Assembly: GCF_026210795.1 (NCBI RefSeq)
Contig: NC_089430.1
Span: 2,666,001 to 2,730,000, forward strand
DNA from: Rhizophagus irregularis
Lineage: Eukaryota
Direction: 5' to 3'
DNA: 64,000 nucleotides
Of the stretch, positions 1-13,391 are shown piece after piece. The position numbers and the translations under genes were made by a program. The notes under the pieces were generated by a model, which made no database searches, was not told where the DNA came from, and worked only from the letters and a program-made list of their open reading frames with translations. Each line of letters starts with the position of its first letter. Position 1 is the first letter of the stretch.

Positions 1-107
1 CTTACTATTTTAAGGAATTTCTCACAAGAAATCCGTCCTAATTTTTTTCTTTCTTTTTTCTTTCTTTTTTCTTTTTTTTTGTAGAAAAAAAAAAAGAATA
101 AAATAAA

Positions 108-3100
108 ATGACATCCATTAGAAAAGAATTAATTGTCGCTACACTTAATAAAATTGTTTCCTTAACAGATTATAAAATTTATAATGACATAAATAAGCGA
201 TATGAATTTCAAAAGAAAACAATCCTTGATGATAAATCTCTTACGAAAGTTGAACGGATGGAGGCGATAAACTCATTGACCATATATTATGATTATCAAA
301 AAGTTCTTTATAATAAAGGAACAAAAAGATTGTGTGAAGAATGTCAACAAATTTGTTTTGCGACATTATATTGTGAACATTGTGTTCGAACCTATTTAAA
401 AAATAATTTTTCAAATTGGACGTCCGGAAATTATTATATTGATGATTTAATACAAAAATGTCAATTGGAATCTCTTCGCCCGGATCAAATAATTGAATGG
501 ATACCATATGATAATTTACAAAATATTGAATACATAAGTTCTAAAGTTTATTCGGCAGATTGGATTGATGGAAGATATTATATATGGGATCCTGAGTTGG
601 AACAATTAAAAAGGTTCGGAATGCATAAAGTGATACTTAAGAGACTAATAAATGTTAACAATGCTAATGAAAATTGGTTTGAAGAGGTATATATTTTTAA
701 ATATATTCTTTGAATTTTTCTAATAAACTTATTAACAAATATCTTTAAAAATTCTCTAGGCAAAATCAAATTTAACTATAAGTAACAAATATTCAGGAAT
801 TGTTAGATTTTATGGTCTGACTCAAGATCCATCAAATAATAAAGATTATATGCTTGTTATGTATTTAATGGATAAGAACTTAAAAAGTTATTTACAACAA
901 CATAAATGTACATGGAAAGAAAAAATAGCCGTGGTATATGATATAATTGAAGCGCTTTATAGGATTCATATTAATAATGCAGTTCATCAAAATTTACATT
1001 CTGGAAATATCTTGTACTCACAAGATAAGAATTTTTGGTATATAAGTGATTTTGGATTTTGTGGACCTGCTGATAAATCAACAAATTATATATACGGAAA
1101 TCTTCCCTATATAGCACCTGAAGCTATGATGGGAAAGGGATATACTTTTGCGTCTGATATATATAGTTTCGGTATACTTATGTGGGAAATTTTATCAGGT
1201 CAAATACCTTTTAATGATCATGAACATAATTATGATCTTGCAATGAAAATAGTTAACGGTATTAGACCAAAGATTGTTTCAAGCATTCCATTAAATTATG
1301 AAAAATTAATGAAACAATGTTGGGACGCTGATCCATTAAAAAGACCTAATACAGCAACCCTTCGTAATAAGATCAAAAAAATGTGGGGAGATTCTTATAA
1401 TGATGATAATGAGTTTAATACTTTAGAATATAATGATTCATCTCAACTTTCTCAAGTTAACTTAAATTCAAATTCAAAATTAAGTTCAAGTTCTAAAATA
1501 AGCTCATTATCAGCTAGTAAACTTTATCAATTTGAAAATTTGCCGGAACCAAGAAATGCAACTGAAGGTAAGATAATAATGTATAAAAACTTTTTATATA
1601 AATCAACTATTAACTCATACTTATTTATTAATATCAATTTAATTAAACACAACAAGAAGGTAAATAATCATTATGATAATTACTTTAATACTTTAAATAT
1701 AATAACTTTATGTACATTTTGATTTTTATAGCGTTTCATAGTAAATCTTATGTACCAGTTGATAACAGTAAGTTTATTTGAGTTAACATTATAAAAATAC
1801 ATTATACTTATCCGTTTTTCATCATTAGTGAAAGAATTTGATAATGACCCGATAGAAAATCAAGATGATTCGGAATCCAAAAGTACTATAATGTTTGAAA
1901 TTTAGATCTATTTATTTAATTTATTGGTTTCTAATAAAGACATCTTTATTAAAATAGGTATTGATAGCGTTAATGAACCGTATAATCATATATCAAAATC
2001 GAATGTTGTTGAAGGTAAATAATATTGTAAATTAATTAATTTTGTATTTATCTTATTTTGGTAAACTTTTGAAATGTATAAAATAAACCTTACTAATTTT
2101 TAGACGAGAATGAAATATACAATAATACAGATTTTCATTCGGAAGAACAAAATAATATGGAAATTCCTGAAGACAAAAAAGTTCCGGAATCAGAAAATGT
2201 GATTGAAGGTAAGTAAAGACGTTTTATTTATTAAATAATTAACGAATCATTTAATTTATAATATGTCCTTGTTATGCTTTCTTCATATTAAATAAACAGA
2301 ACAAGAAGGTAGATAATAATAATAATTACTTAATATCTCTTTAAATATAATAACTTTGGTTAATATTTTGATTTTTATAGCATTTCATAGTAAACCTCAT
2401 GTACTACCAGTTGATAACAGTAAGTTCATTATGAGCTGACATTATAAAAATATATTATATTTATTATTATCCATTTTAATAATTAGTAAAAGAATTTGAT
2501 AATGACCCGATAGAAAATCAAGATGATTCGGAATCCAAAAGTACTATAATGTTTGAAATTTAGATCTATTTATTTGGACTTTCTAATAAAGATACTATCT
2601 TTATTAAAATAGGTATTGATAACATTAATGAACCGTATAATCATATCATAAAATTGAACGTTATTGAAGGTAAATAATTTTGTAAATTAATTAATTAATT
2701 TTGTATTTATCTTCTTTTGGTAAAATTTTGAAATTGTATAAAATATCTTACTAATTTTTAGATGAGAATGAAATATACAATAATACAGATTTTCATTCAG
2801 AAGAACAAAATAATATGGAAATTTCTGAGGATAAAAAAGTACCGGAACCAAGAAATGTAACTGAAGGTAAGATAAAACCGTTTTATTTTTAAATAATTAA
2901 CGAACCATTTAATTTATAATATGTCCTCATTATGCTCATTCTTCATGTTAAATAAACAGAACAAGAAGGTAAACAACATTAATAATAATTACTTTAATAT
3001 CTCTTTAAATGTAATAACTTTTATGAATATTTTGAATTTCATAGTAATTCATAGTAAACCATATAATTTTAGTACACCGGTTGATAACAGTAAGTTCATT

Positions 3101-4376
3101 TTAAACTAACATTATAAAATACATTGTATTTGTTATTGTTTATTTTTTAAAGAATTTGATAATAGCTTAAACCATTTAAAAAATCAAGATGATTTGGAAT
3201 TTACAAGTATAATTAATATTTGAAGTTTGAAAGTCTATTTAATTGTAAAGCTTTTCTAACAAATTATCCTTTTAAATTTAGATATTAATAATGAGTTGAT
3301 ATTAAAATCAAATATTATTGAAGGTAAATAATTTTGTAAATTTAATAAATTTAATGATTAAGTTTTGTAATTATTTAATTTTATATTATTTTCTAGATGA
3401 GGATAAAAACTTTTGTTTAGAAGAGCGAAATGATATAGAACAACATAATGATTTGGAAATTTCTGAAGGTATATAGATTATTAAAAATTTATTGAAAATT
3501 TTGAAATTATATGATTGGCTTAATTTGATTAAATTTGTTAGATATTTTATTAAATTCATTAATTGTCGAAAATTTAACCAAATCCAATACAATTGAAGGT
3601 AAATAAATATTTAGTTTTATATAAATAACATGAAAAAAAGTATATATTAATTACAAAATTTTGTTTAGATAAACAAGATAATTTGGAAACTCCTAAAGGT
3701 AAACATGTTTTTGTTAAGTTTTAAAATTCTAAAGTTTACAATTAGTTTAATATTTATATTTAAAAATATATTAGTTATTGATAACTTTAACAAAAGTGAA
3801 AATTTAATGAAACCAATTATTATTAAAGGTGAATATAATATATATATATATATATATTCTTTTTAATTAAATAATAGTTAATTTTTTATTTTTATTTTTT
3901 AAAGAAATTGATAAATCAAATAATCAATTTGAAATAATCGAATATAGTAAGTTAATATTTGTTTATATAAAATGTTAATTTGATCTTTGATTTATTTAAC
4001 AATTATACAATTTATTAGATGAAAATACCAAACCAAATTTAGAAAATCAAGATTGCTTAAATATTTATAAAGGTAAAGATGCTTTAATTTAATATAATTA
4101 TTAATATTTAAAATATATATACTGTATATGTATGTATTCTAAAAATATATTGATTGATGTTTAAATTCATTTATAGATGAAGTTAAGCAAAAATCAAGAA
4201 ACTTAAAAAATCTGAAGAAAAGATTTAGTATTATAAGTAAGTTAATAATATTTTACTTATAAAGTTGTTTTGATTAATTATATTAAAATATAAAAATTTT
4301 TTTTTTTAAAATGAAACTAATAATAGAACATATTAAAAAACTACCAAAACTGTTAAAAAAGAAAGGTAAATTGTAA
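108..4376 (+). CDS. TKL-family protein kinase-like protein, probable pseudokinase, with a long multi-exon acidic C-terminal tail
   Basis: Exon 1 108-686, GT-AG intron 687-759, exon 2 760-1567 in frame (AKSNLTISNKYSGIVRFYGLTQDP...). Contains CxxC..CxxC, NFSNWTSGN, IEWIPY, DFG and APE. Catalytic loop reads HQNLHSGN. It is followed by ~21 short in-frame phase-1 exons (1732-1767, 1829-1882, 1958-2014, 2104-2208, 2300-2308 ... 4177-4236, 4327-). The 3' end is uncertain (stop at 4374-4376 if the last donor is not used). Confidence 0.85.
1543..3470 (+). repeat. Tandem triplication of a ~640-660 bp five-exon module inside the kinase tail
   Basis: CCGGAA(C/T)C..GAAGGTAAG anchors at 1543, 2184 and 2842. 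Exon and intron sequences repeat (e.g. GATAATGACCCGATAGAAAATCAAGATGATTCGGAATCC at ~1840 and ~2498). The third copy is more diverged. Confidence 0.9.
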
Positions 4377-5269
4377 ACTAACTCAATTAAATTAGTTTTA
4401 AAAAAAAAGTTTTGGAACCATTATCCTTCAATAATTCACTTGTAGTCATTGTAAATTTTGTTTTTTTTTGTAAAAAAAAAGTTTGTTCAAACACTAAGTA
4501 ATCTTAGTTTGTAATTTGAACAAAAATAACGATAAGTAAATAAAGTATATTAAATATTTTATTCATTTGTTATAAATAACGTATGTTACTGACTTGTGTT
4601 TGATAATATCATTGGTCTTCATGGAATTATTCAAAGTGTCTATCGTAATGGTAAATTTTTTTATCAATCCATGTATTTAGCAGGTATCTAAATTATTCCT
4701 TATATTTGACAATAAATGTTTATTAGTTTAGTGACAATGTATAATAATTTGTAACATTGAATGTTATTCAAAGTGAATTCATATTTATGATTTCGTTCTT
4801 TTGCTTTGGTTTAAGGATTATGTATATACAGTATATATTAGTTAAAAAAGATTTTTAAAAGCCTTTCCAATAAGATATGTATTGTAGATAATAGAATTGA
4901 AAAAAAGGGAAAGGGAGCTAAAGAGCGAGATTGTATATTGAATTAACGAAGAGTAAAAAAAAAAGTTGATAAGCTTAAAGAAATGATAGATTTGTTTCCT
5001 TTCAAATTTAACAATCCCAACATTATGATTAATACCTTGGTTTAGAATAAAGATTATATGTAAATACTGCTTGAATAATTGAATAAAAAACTTCTTTTTA
5101 AATAGAAACCTTTTTATGAGAAAATTATAATATGGAAAAAAAATAATTTTATTAAAATCGTCATTTTTGCGCGAGAAATTATCAAATAGGGAAAGTGACC
5201 AAGAGTTAATTATTATATCATAGTAATTGGATGGAATAAAAAATATCGGCCATTCTGAAAGGATGAATT

Positions 5270-5400
5270 ATTATGCATGGCTGATCTCCCAGAAATCCTC
5301 CAGAATGTAAACGGAAGGGCTTTGAATATTCCTTTCTCAATGAACTCATATTGTCCTAAACCCTACGCATACGTTACTTTCTCCTCAGAACAAGCTAAAT
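5270..5400 (+). mobile_element. Probable fragment of a non-LTR retrotransposon ORF1 (RRM-like)
   Basis: GC-richer island translating to ADLPEILQNVNGRALNIPFSMNSYCPKPYAYVTFSSEQAK, with an RNP1-like YAYVTF. Resembles (from memory) Glomeromycotina LINE ORF1 proteins. No ORF continuation. Confidence 0.5.
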
Positions 5401-6319
5401 GGAAATATTCAGCTCTTTCCCATTCAAATTCATGCCTAATATTAACGGTTTTTTATAAAAAAAGCAAATAATTAACGCGTTATTTATATACATAACCAAT
5501 ATATTAATCCCATCTTAAAATAACGGTCTTACCAAAATCGGCATGAATACCTGCAAAAGAAAATAAAAGCAAAAGTTTCTAATTAATCAAATTCACAAAA
5601 CCATAAAAAAAATTTTAGTTGTCATATTCATGCACAGTTAATTACTGTATGTTTTTTACTTACCAGTTATATAAATAGTTTAAATTAATTACTTTCATCC
5701 TTTATTTTAACTAACTTTTGGCTAATAACTTAATTTTTTCTTCTTGCATTTTTTCCAATTATATATGCAGTAAACAGTATATTCGGTATAAATATGCTTT
5801 TCGTTACTATGAGTTATGACCTATTGGAAAATATTAAAATATTAACGCTTAGATTGCGTACTTTAACTTATTATTTAAAATTGAACAAAGTTGGGTTCTA
5901 TTGATTTTTTGAAAAGGTGAAGAAAACGATGCAACCAATGCATTCGTTGTGTTTTTGTGTCACAAATGTGATTTGCCTCTTTTTTTTTTTAAACAAATAT
6001 ATTTTACGAACGTGTTTTGTATGTTAACTGAATTGACAGATTTAATAATATATGCAAGCATATTTAAATTTGAAACGATCATATTAAACAATTTTTTTCA
6101 AAAAAATAAATAAAAATATTCATAATTTTATAGATACATACATAATATTTGTGGTGCAGGCTTCTTTGGATGTAAAATTAATAATTTTAATAAGCCTTTT
6201 TTGCATGACAATTCAAAAAAATATTATTTTCTTGATCTTAAATTTAATTCGGCCAAAATTAAAAAAAAAATCTTCGCCTATAACTTGTACGACAGACATG
6301 ACAAACTGATTGGCGATTG

Positions 6320-6370
6320 GGCGTGGGAGAATCTCGGAGTTTTACAACCGTAATCATATAAAAATTCCGG
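6320..6370 (+). promoter_or_regulatory. Conserved core promoter of the kinase paralog family (GCGTGGGAG motif + TATA)
   Basis: GGCGTGGGAGAATCTCGGAGTTTTACAACCGTAATCATATAAAAATTCCG ends ~85 bp upstream of the ATG at 6455. A near-identical block precedes the paralog at 63399 on the minus strand (63471-63520). Confidence 0.65.
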
Positions 6371-6454
6371 TATTTTTCGTTATCTCATTATTTTCTCTCT
6401 TTGCAATTTCAAAGTTAACATATTTTTCTTTGGGCAAATTTATATTAATTTATT

Positions 6455-8290
6455 ATGGCTACTATTAGATATGAATTTGTTTATGCTGCAATTCAAAAAG
6501 CTGATACATTAATAGATCCTAACATTTGCAATAACTTAACGAAACGATATGAATTTATAAAACAAAAAATTCTTGAAAATGAATCTCTTACAAAAGATGA
6601 AAAATGGAAAGCAAAAAAAATAATAGAACAAGATCATGATTATATTAAAGTTATATCTAATGAAGGAAAAAAAAGATTATGTGAAAATTGTGCTTTAGAG
6701 TGTTTGGCTACACTATATTGTGAACATTGTGTTCGAACCTATTTAAAAAATAATTTTTCAAACTGGACTTCTGGAAATAGTGATATTAATTATCTAATAC
6801 AAGTATTACAGAAAGAATCATTACATCCAGATAATATAGTTGAATGGATACCATACAATAATTTACAAGATATTAAATATATAACTAAAGGTGGATGTTC
6901 TGAGATTTATTCAGCAATTTGGATCGGTGGACATTATATTGAATGGAATTCTAAGGAGCAACAATTTAAAAGATCAGGAACTTTTAAAGTAATACTTAAA
7001 AAATTGGAAAATGTTGAAAATGCTAATAGAAGTTGGTTTGATGAGGTAAATAATTTAAAAATATGATAAGTAATTTATAAATTTTTAAAATGTGTAACGA
7101 ATATTATTTTAAAAATATTTATAGGCAATATCACATTTAGCGTTAAGTAACAAATTTCCTAGCGTTGTCAATTGTTATGGTTTAACTCAAGATCCAACGA
7201 ATGGAGATTATATGCTTGTAATGCAATTATTGGATAAAGATTTAAGAAAATATTTACAGTATCAACATACATGGGAAGAAAAAATAAATATAGTTGTTAA
7301 GATTATTTCTGCACTTTATAACATTCATTTTTATGAAGCGGTACATCGAGATTTACATTCTGGAAATATTTTATATTCACGATATAATGGTTCTTGGTAT
7401 GTAAGTGATTTTGGATTTTGTGGGCCCGCTGATAAACCATTAAAAAGTATATATGGAAATCTTCCTTATATAGCCCCTGAAGTTATAATTGGAAAAGAAT
7501 ATACTTTTGCATCTGATATTTATAGTTTTGGTATACTTATGTGGGAAATTTCATCAGGACAAGCACCCTTTAATAATTATGAACATGATTATGATCTTGC
7601 GATGAAAATTGTTAATGGTATGAGACCAAAAATTAGAACAGAAATTCCATCAAAATATAAAGAACTAATGAAACAATGTTGGGATGCTGACCCATTAAGA
7701 AGACCTGATGCAAATACTCTTAATGTAGAAATTCAAAAAATGATGAAAGATATTTGCAATAATGATAATGCAAATGAATTTAATACTTTAGAATATAATA
7801 ATTCATCTCAAATCTCTAGTTCAAGTTCGAATTTAAGTTCAAGTTCTACGTTATCAACTAGTAAACTTTATCAATTTGAAAATTTACCAGAACCAAGAAA
7901 CGCAACTGAAGGTAAGATTTCAATATAAAAAAGCCTTTTTATTATTTTTAAATAAATAATTATTCAAAAATTACTATGTTTAATATTTTTATATTAATAT
8001 CAACAGAAGAACAAGAAGGTAAATAATAATTATGATTTGTACTTTTATGTCTCCTCACATAGTATGGTAGTAACTTTAAATAATTTCTTTATAGCATTTC
8101 ATAGCCAACCTTACGATTTCGAGATACCTAATAATAGTAAGTATATGTAAAATAACATTATATTATTTATATTAATAATGGATATGCTTAATAAATATTA
8201 TCTTTTATTATATTAGTCGAAGATCTTGATTCGTCTAAAGATCAAGAGGAACTTATTAAGGATCTAAATAGATTAGAATTAGATAAGTAA
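6455..8290 (+). CDS. TKL-family Ser/Thr(Tyr) protein kinase, apparently intact
   Basis: Exons 6455-7045, 7125-7911, 8007-8018 (12-nt microexon), 8095-8136 and 8217-8290, all GT-AG and in frame. Motifs TKGGCSEIY, VILK, HRDLHSGN, DFG and APE. The last exon (EDLDSSKDQEELIKDLNRLELDK*) matches the last exon of the paralog at 61910-61983. Confidence 0.92.
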
Positions 8291-9072
8291 ATTCTTGTAG
8301 TTTCATTTATAGCAATATTCACATAAATATGATTTTTTTGTGATGCTTCCGCCCCTAGCTAACATTATTAAGGTTATACAACGGGTGAGAAGTACTAGTG
8401 TGTTATAGATCCATTAAATATCATATTAAAACCGTTAGTTTTATTATTTTGTGTATTATTCTTTGAGAATTTTATTTGTTAAGTTCGTCAATATCGTGAC
8501 ACCATTGAGAAATAGAGATTGATGGAGAAATCTTCTACTTCTTGAATTCATACGATTTAATATTTGTGTGGTTATTTTATAGATAATTCAGCTAATTGGT
8601 TGAGATTTTAAAGCAATGTTTTATATTTTTTTTATATTTTTTTTGCGTGTAATAACTTATTTTTTTATTTTTATTTATTTAAATAAATTTATTTATATAT
8701 ACTATTATACTTAAAAAATCATTCTTTTTATAACGTGATAATACATTAACTTATTAAGCTTTTTTCATCAAAATATATTTATTGGAAAAACTGAACTTTA
8801 TAATGATTATTCAGTTAAATCCTAAATTATGAAATATGCAATCAATAGCGAATAAAAACTGCCATAACGTTATATAACCGTGCGCTATTAGTATACTATG
8901 ATCAAGGAATAGATGCAATACGTGACCAAGATTTGTTGAAATTACTAGAACTCCTAAATAAAAAAGTCCAAAATGTGATCCGATACTATTGCAAAAAATA
9001 ATGATTGAACTAGTTGTAAAAATGATTTGTTTGATAAATTTCTAAGATGAGTTTTAATACCTTTCATATATA

Positions 9073-9269
9073 CAGTGACACCTCTATAAGTGCACCCTCT
9101 ATAAGTGCACGCACTATATAAATTCTCTTTAAGTGCACGGTGGGCCTGGTCCCAACTTATAAGAGCTCTTAATATTTTACTCTCTATAAATGCACACCCT
9201 CTCTAAGTGCACATTCTACTATTTTTTTACTATGGTCCCAAGGAGGGTGCACTTAGAGAGGTGTCACTG
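9073..9269. mobile_element. Tc1/mariner-pogo-type MITE (197 bp)
   Basis: TIR CAGTGACACCTCT(A/C)TAAGTGCACCCTC ... GAGGGTGCACTTAGAGAGGTGTCACTG, flanked by TA on both sides, with internal repeats of CTCTATAAGTGCAC. Confidence 0.9.
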
Positions 9270-10531
9270 TATAACTGTTTGTTTTATAATGAATTGACAT
9301 CGGGTTTTCTTCAATCGGATTTTCTTTAATGTTCGGATTTTCTACTATAAAACATGATATAAAATTATGTCTTTAAATTTTGAAAGTTATCAACTTATCA
9401 TATTTTATATCACAATGAAATAAATACAGTAAAAACTATTTTATTACAATTAATTTGATTCATTTTACTACGATTCATCACATTTACGTGAATTATTTTA
9501 TAACGCGTCATGAACATAAAATTACAAAAATCAAAATTTCTGCTAATTAGTTACTATTAAAACAGCTTATCGCTTATAAACAAATGTCAATTATAAGGCA
9601 AAGCCGCAAAGGTTGTTTCATAGTTTTTATTAAATATCTGAGATTTTCTTTAAAAAATTTACTATTTACAGTTCAATCTGACGACATTAATTAAATTTGA
9701 CTTACTTCACCTGCTAAAATACATTTATTCATATAATTATTGCAAAATTTTCACTCCCGGCAATAAAATCTGATGTTATAGTTTCGATTTCTATTGATAA
9801 TTGTTTTCGAGTTTCAGTTGATGACACAAGCTGTGGAAAACTAAAATCATAGATTTCGTAATTGTTAAAATCAGCTAAAGATTTTGTAAAAATGTAAAAT
9901 TCCGTTGTAAGTCAAGAATTTGATGTAAATTATGAATAACCATTACTCAAGAAAACCACCTTATTTTAACAATATTTTAAAATTGCAAAAAAAAAAAAAT
10001 ATAGATTGACTTAACAATTCTAGCCATTAAAATAAGGAATCTCCTTTGCAGTCGATGTACAATACAATGATTATAGGACAAATAGGATTTAAAGTTGCCA
10101 ACCCATTTCTAATTCCTATACACAGGCGATCAGATTGATTTGTTATCTGATATATCAAGATATCCAATATATCAAAAAAAACTTCTTATACCGGATTTTA
10201 TATGAAAATTATGTTAGGATCCGGCGTATCAAGATATACAGAAAAATAAAGCTATTCCCAAACTTTGATTAAAATATTAAAATAAAAAAAAGAATGGTAA
10301 AATTGTATGCAATATTTATTTGTAAAGAATTTCGGTATAAAATGATTAATTTTAATTCTGGTCAAAAATCGGCTGGGAATTAAGCATTTTTTAAAAATTA
10401 CAAATTTACAATAATATAAAGGTATGCTAATAAAGGATATATTACCGCCGAATTTGAAAATTTTGATATATCAAGATTTTTTGATATAACTGACATAGAA
10501 TCATAAAATCCGGTATATCGCGATTGTTTTA

Positions 10532-10594
10532 CAGCTGTTTTCATAGACCTGGAACAAACTAAATTTTTGAACCCGATCCGCCAATCCGCCGAAT
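10532..10594 (+). mobile_element. Solo left terminus of the MITE family seen intact at 44454-44639
   Basis: TA-CAGCTGTTTTCATAGACCTGGAACAAACTAAATTTTTGAACCCGATCCGCC is nearly identical to 44454-44505. No matching right TIR was found nearby. It is followed by short AATGGTCGA repeats (10634-10690). Confidence 0.75.
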
Positions 10595-11215
10595 TTATAC
10601 ATGAAACCGAAATTGGTTAATTTTGACCTCCAAAATGGTCGAAATGGTCGAAATGATTTCGACTTGGGCCCCTCCAAAAGTCGAAATGGTTACATCAAAA
10701 TTTATTATAACCGATTTTGAACCAATGTACAAACGAACCGACTCAAATCGCTCAATCAGAACTTTTCCCATTCCTACTGCTTGATGCTCCGAAATGTTAT
10801 CAATTTCCTCAAACAATGATTCGGCAGAAGCAACTGGGATATTATTTTTTCCCTATATTAATGAAATTTACTATAATGTTAATTAAATTTAAATACATTA
10901 TAAAACTTTTTTTAATTCTTTTTATTATAGCAAGAAACCTAATTTGATATAATTTATTTATCATATTTTATTATTTAAAATATTTACTTACATAAAAAGA
11001 AAACTAAAACAGAATAAAATAAAGACAATCAAAAATTATAAAAAATTTTGAAAAAAATAACTCGTCAAATATGATTGACTCGGCAAAAAATGTCATTGTT
11101 ACCACTGGTTTTTGACGTACAGTCAGGTAGTAACAGAAAGAAATATAAGGATTGGTTAATAATGATAGGGTAATATGACGATATATAACAAGCGATAGAA
11201 TAAAAGTGTATATGA

Positions 11216-11402
11216 ATAAACGATAATGAACGATAATAAACGATGTGATAAATTGAGGATATATCGGATTGTGTATGTATTAATAATAAAAGGTATACGG
11301 ATAATCAATGATGTATACCGAAAAATTAACAAGTGATAATAAAAGACAATGATAATAAACGATAATAAACGACAAGGAACAATAATAAACAGTTTGATAA
11401 AA
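11216..11402. repeat. Degenerate 10-bp minisatellite (GATAATAAAC)n
   Basis: Units CGATAATGAA/CGATAATAAA at 11221-11240 and GATAATAAAC GATAATAAAC GACAAGGAAC AATAATAAAC at 11351-11390. Confidence 0.6.
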
Positions 11403-11883
11403 CGTGTATAAGAAATTCAGAAACAAATCGGCAGTTTCATTCGTTAATCAACAAAATACGATATTACTGCCTCTGTCGGCGCTCTGTAATATCCGTATAT
11501 CTATCTTTTAACTTAATAAAAACCACACGGACTGTACAAACTACAAAACTACAAAAACTACTCTCTTCCACCATCGGTCCTTTATATATCATTAAAAATC
11601 CGGTGCGAATCTGACTGAATAGATTTGCCACCCGGCTCCCGGCCAAATGTGTCGATTGGTCGTATTTGTCTATTAAGCCACCTTTAATTCAGCCACTTTC
11701 CCACCGCTAAGCTTCTAATCATTAAATAACTAAAAATATCTCTATATAACATAACTAAAAATAAACTAATAATAAATAAAAGATAAATAAATATATATAT
11801 ATAAAAAAAGAAAAATATATATCCCGTGACATCATCGTAAATTTCACCAAAATTTACATCACATCCAATTGTCAAACCCTGGA

Positions 11884-12616
11884 TTAATCATTATTATTCA
11901 AAGTTAATTCGTTTAAAATTCTACTTTTTGCTCGTTCAATAAAAGACATTGATCTGCTAACTTTGTTGGTGTAAAGGTATTCAAGCATGGCAGAAATTGT
12001 AATTGGGCCATATTTTGAAATTTTAATCCGATGTTTTATTTGACATGTTGAGTTATTATCCATAGAAGGCTCATTTTTAACCAGAAATGTTGAATCGGAC
12101 AAATGATCTGATAACATTTTCCTAAAATATTCGGATCTTTTGGAAAGTATTGAACTACAAACATAGAATTTAAAATTTTCACCTTGTACATCAAATTCTA
12201 CGTCAGCCGATGGAAAATTAAATAATTAATCTTTCCATGCGTCTATAAGATCCTCTGGAATATGTTCAGGACAATGTGTTTTGGAAATGTTGCTTTCATT
12301 ATATTCAATGTTATCAAAATTAGCTCCAATTATCAATTCTCCATTTCGAAGTAAACATTTTCTAATTGTATAATGAGTAATATTCATTTCTAATTTCTTT
12401 TGCGAATATATTAAAAGTTGAATGTTCTCTCCAAATAATTTCATCTGGGTTTGCAACTTGCTGTAAAAAAAATCCATAACAGCAGTCATCGGCTTCAAAA
12501 AATATTATTCGCCAAAAAATATTATTATTTGTACTAAAAATAGGGGTATGATGATTTTTTATAAACGATCTAGGTAAATTTACTTGATAGGTTAGTCTTG
12601 AAGTTTTTTGGGACAT
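11884..12616 (-). pseudogene. MATH-like + BTB/POZ domain protein pseudogene
   Basis: Joining frames gives an N-terminal TPIFSTNNNIFWRIIF...GFFL segment (MATH-like), a frameshift near 12365, and an in-frame TAA at 12226-12228. It then reads LFNFPSADVEFDVQGENFKFYVCSSILSKRSEYFRKML...AMLEYLYT, a typical BTB core. Confidence 0.8.
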
Positions 12617-12972
12617 TTTTTTTTTTTGGTATTTTTAGATCAATCCAAAAGAGCTCTTTTATAACATTTTGAGAATCTTCGTGGCTTGTCAATAGAAAAT
12701 GTTACTTCCCGGAATTTATAGCCTCAGAGGCTCAATTTAAAATTAATGAAGTGTTCCGAACGGGTCGGGTCAATTCGGGTGAACAGATTAATCAATCCCA
12801 CTTCAGCCCACCATCAAAACATTACATAAAATATGATCTCTTCTTTTAAAAAATGTCTCAAAATATTACACTAAATACATGGTTAAAAATTTTAAGAGAA
12901 TGGCTTTGGTTGGCTTTTAAAAGCAAATTTTCCGGTTAAAATCGCGCTTGCCTATTATAAAAAATAGAATAA

Positions 12973-13391
12973 ATTAATTGCCCCGCCACTCAACGGTACA
13001 AAATGATCGGCAATCTATAATTAAAGAAAAGTAAAAAAAAATTATTTTTTTTTTTGTTATTTTGTTAATTTGGGAAAGAAAATATTATTTGTTTTAAAAA
13101 AAAAACTCGTAAAATTTGCAAAATTCGTGTATAAAAAATCTCAACTTAACTAAAATATAAGGTGGAATGGTGATTTCCACCAAGGTAAACTTGTTAAATT
13201 TTATATCGAATGATAAAAATTTTTTTTTTTGTGGCTTATGTGGCTTATTCACGTTTAATGTTATTGATTAGTTAGTCGTCGTTAGGGATAAAATCGGCAT
13301 CAAAATATGCCAATTAACGTAATTCATATAAAATCTGCGCCGAATCTACAAATTAATTTTGTACCGTTGAGTGACGGTTCCGGCAATTAAT
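12973..13391. mobile_element. MITE-like element with ~30-bp imperfect TIRs
   Basis: ATTAATTGCCCCGCCACTCAACGGTACAAAAT (12973-13004) versus the reverse complement of ATTTTGTACCGTTGAGTGACGGTTCCGGCAATTAAT (13356-13391). AT-rich non-coding interior. TSD not clear. Confidence 0.65.
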
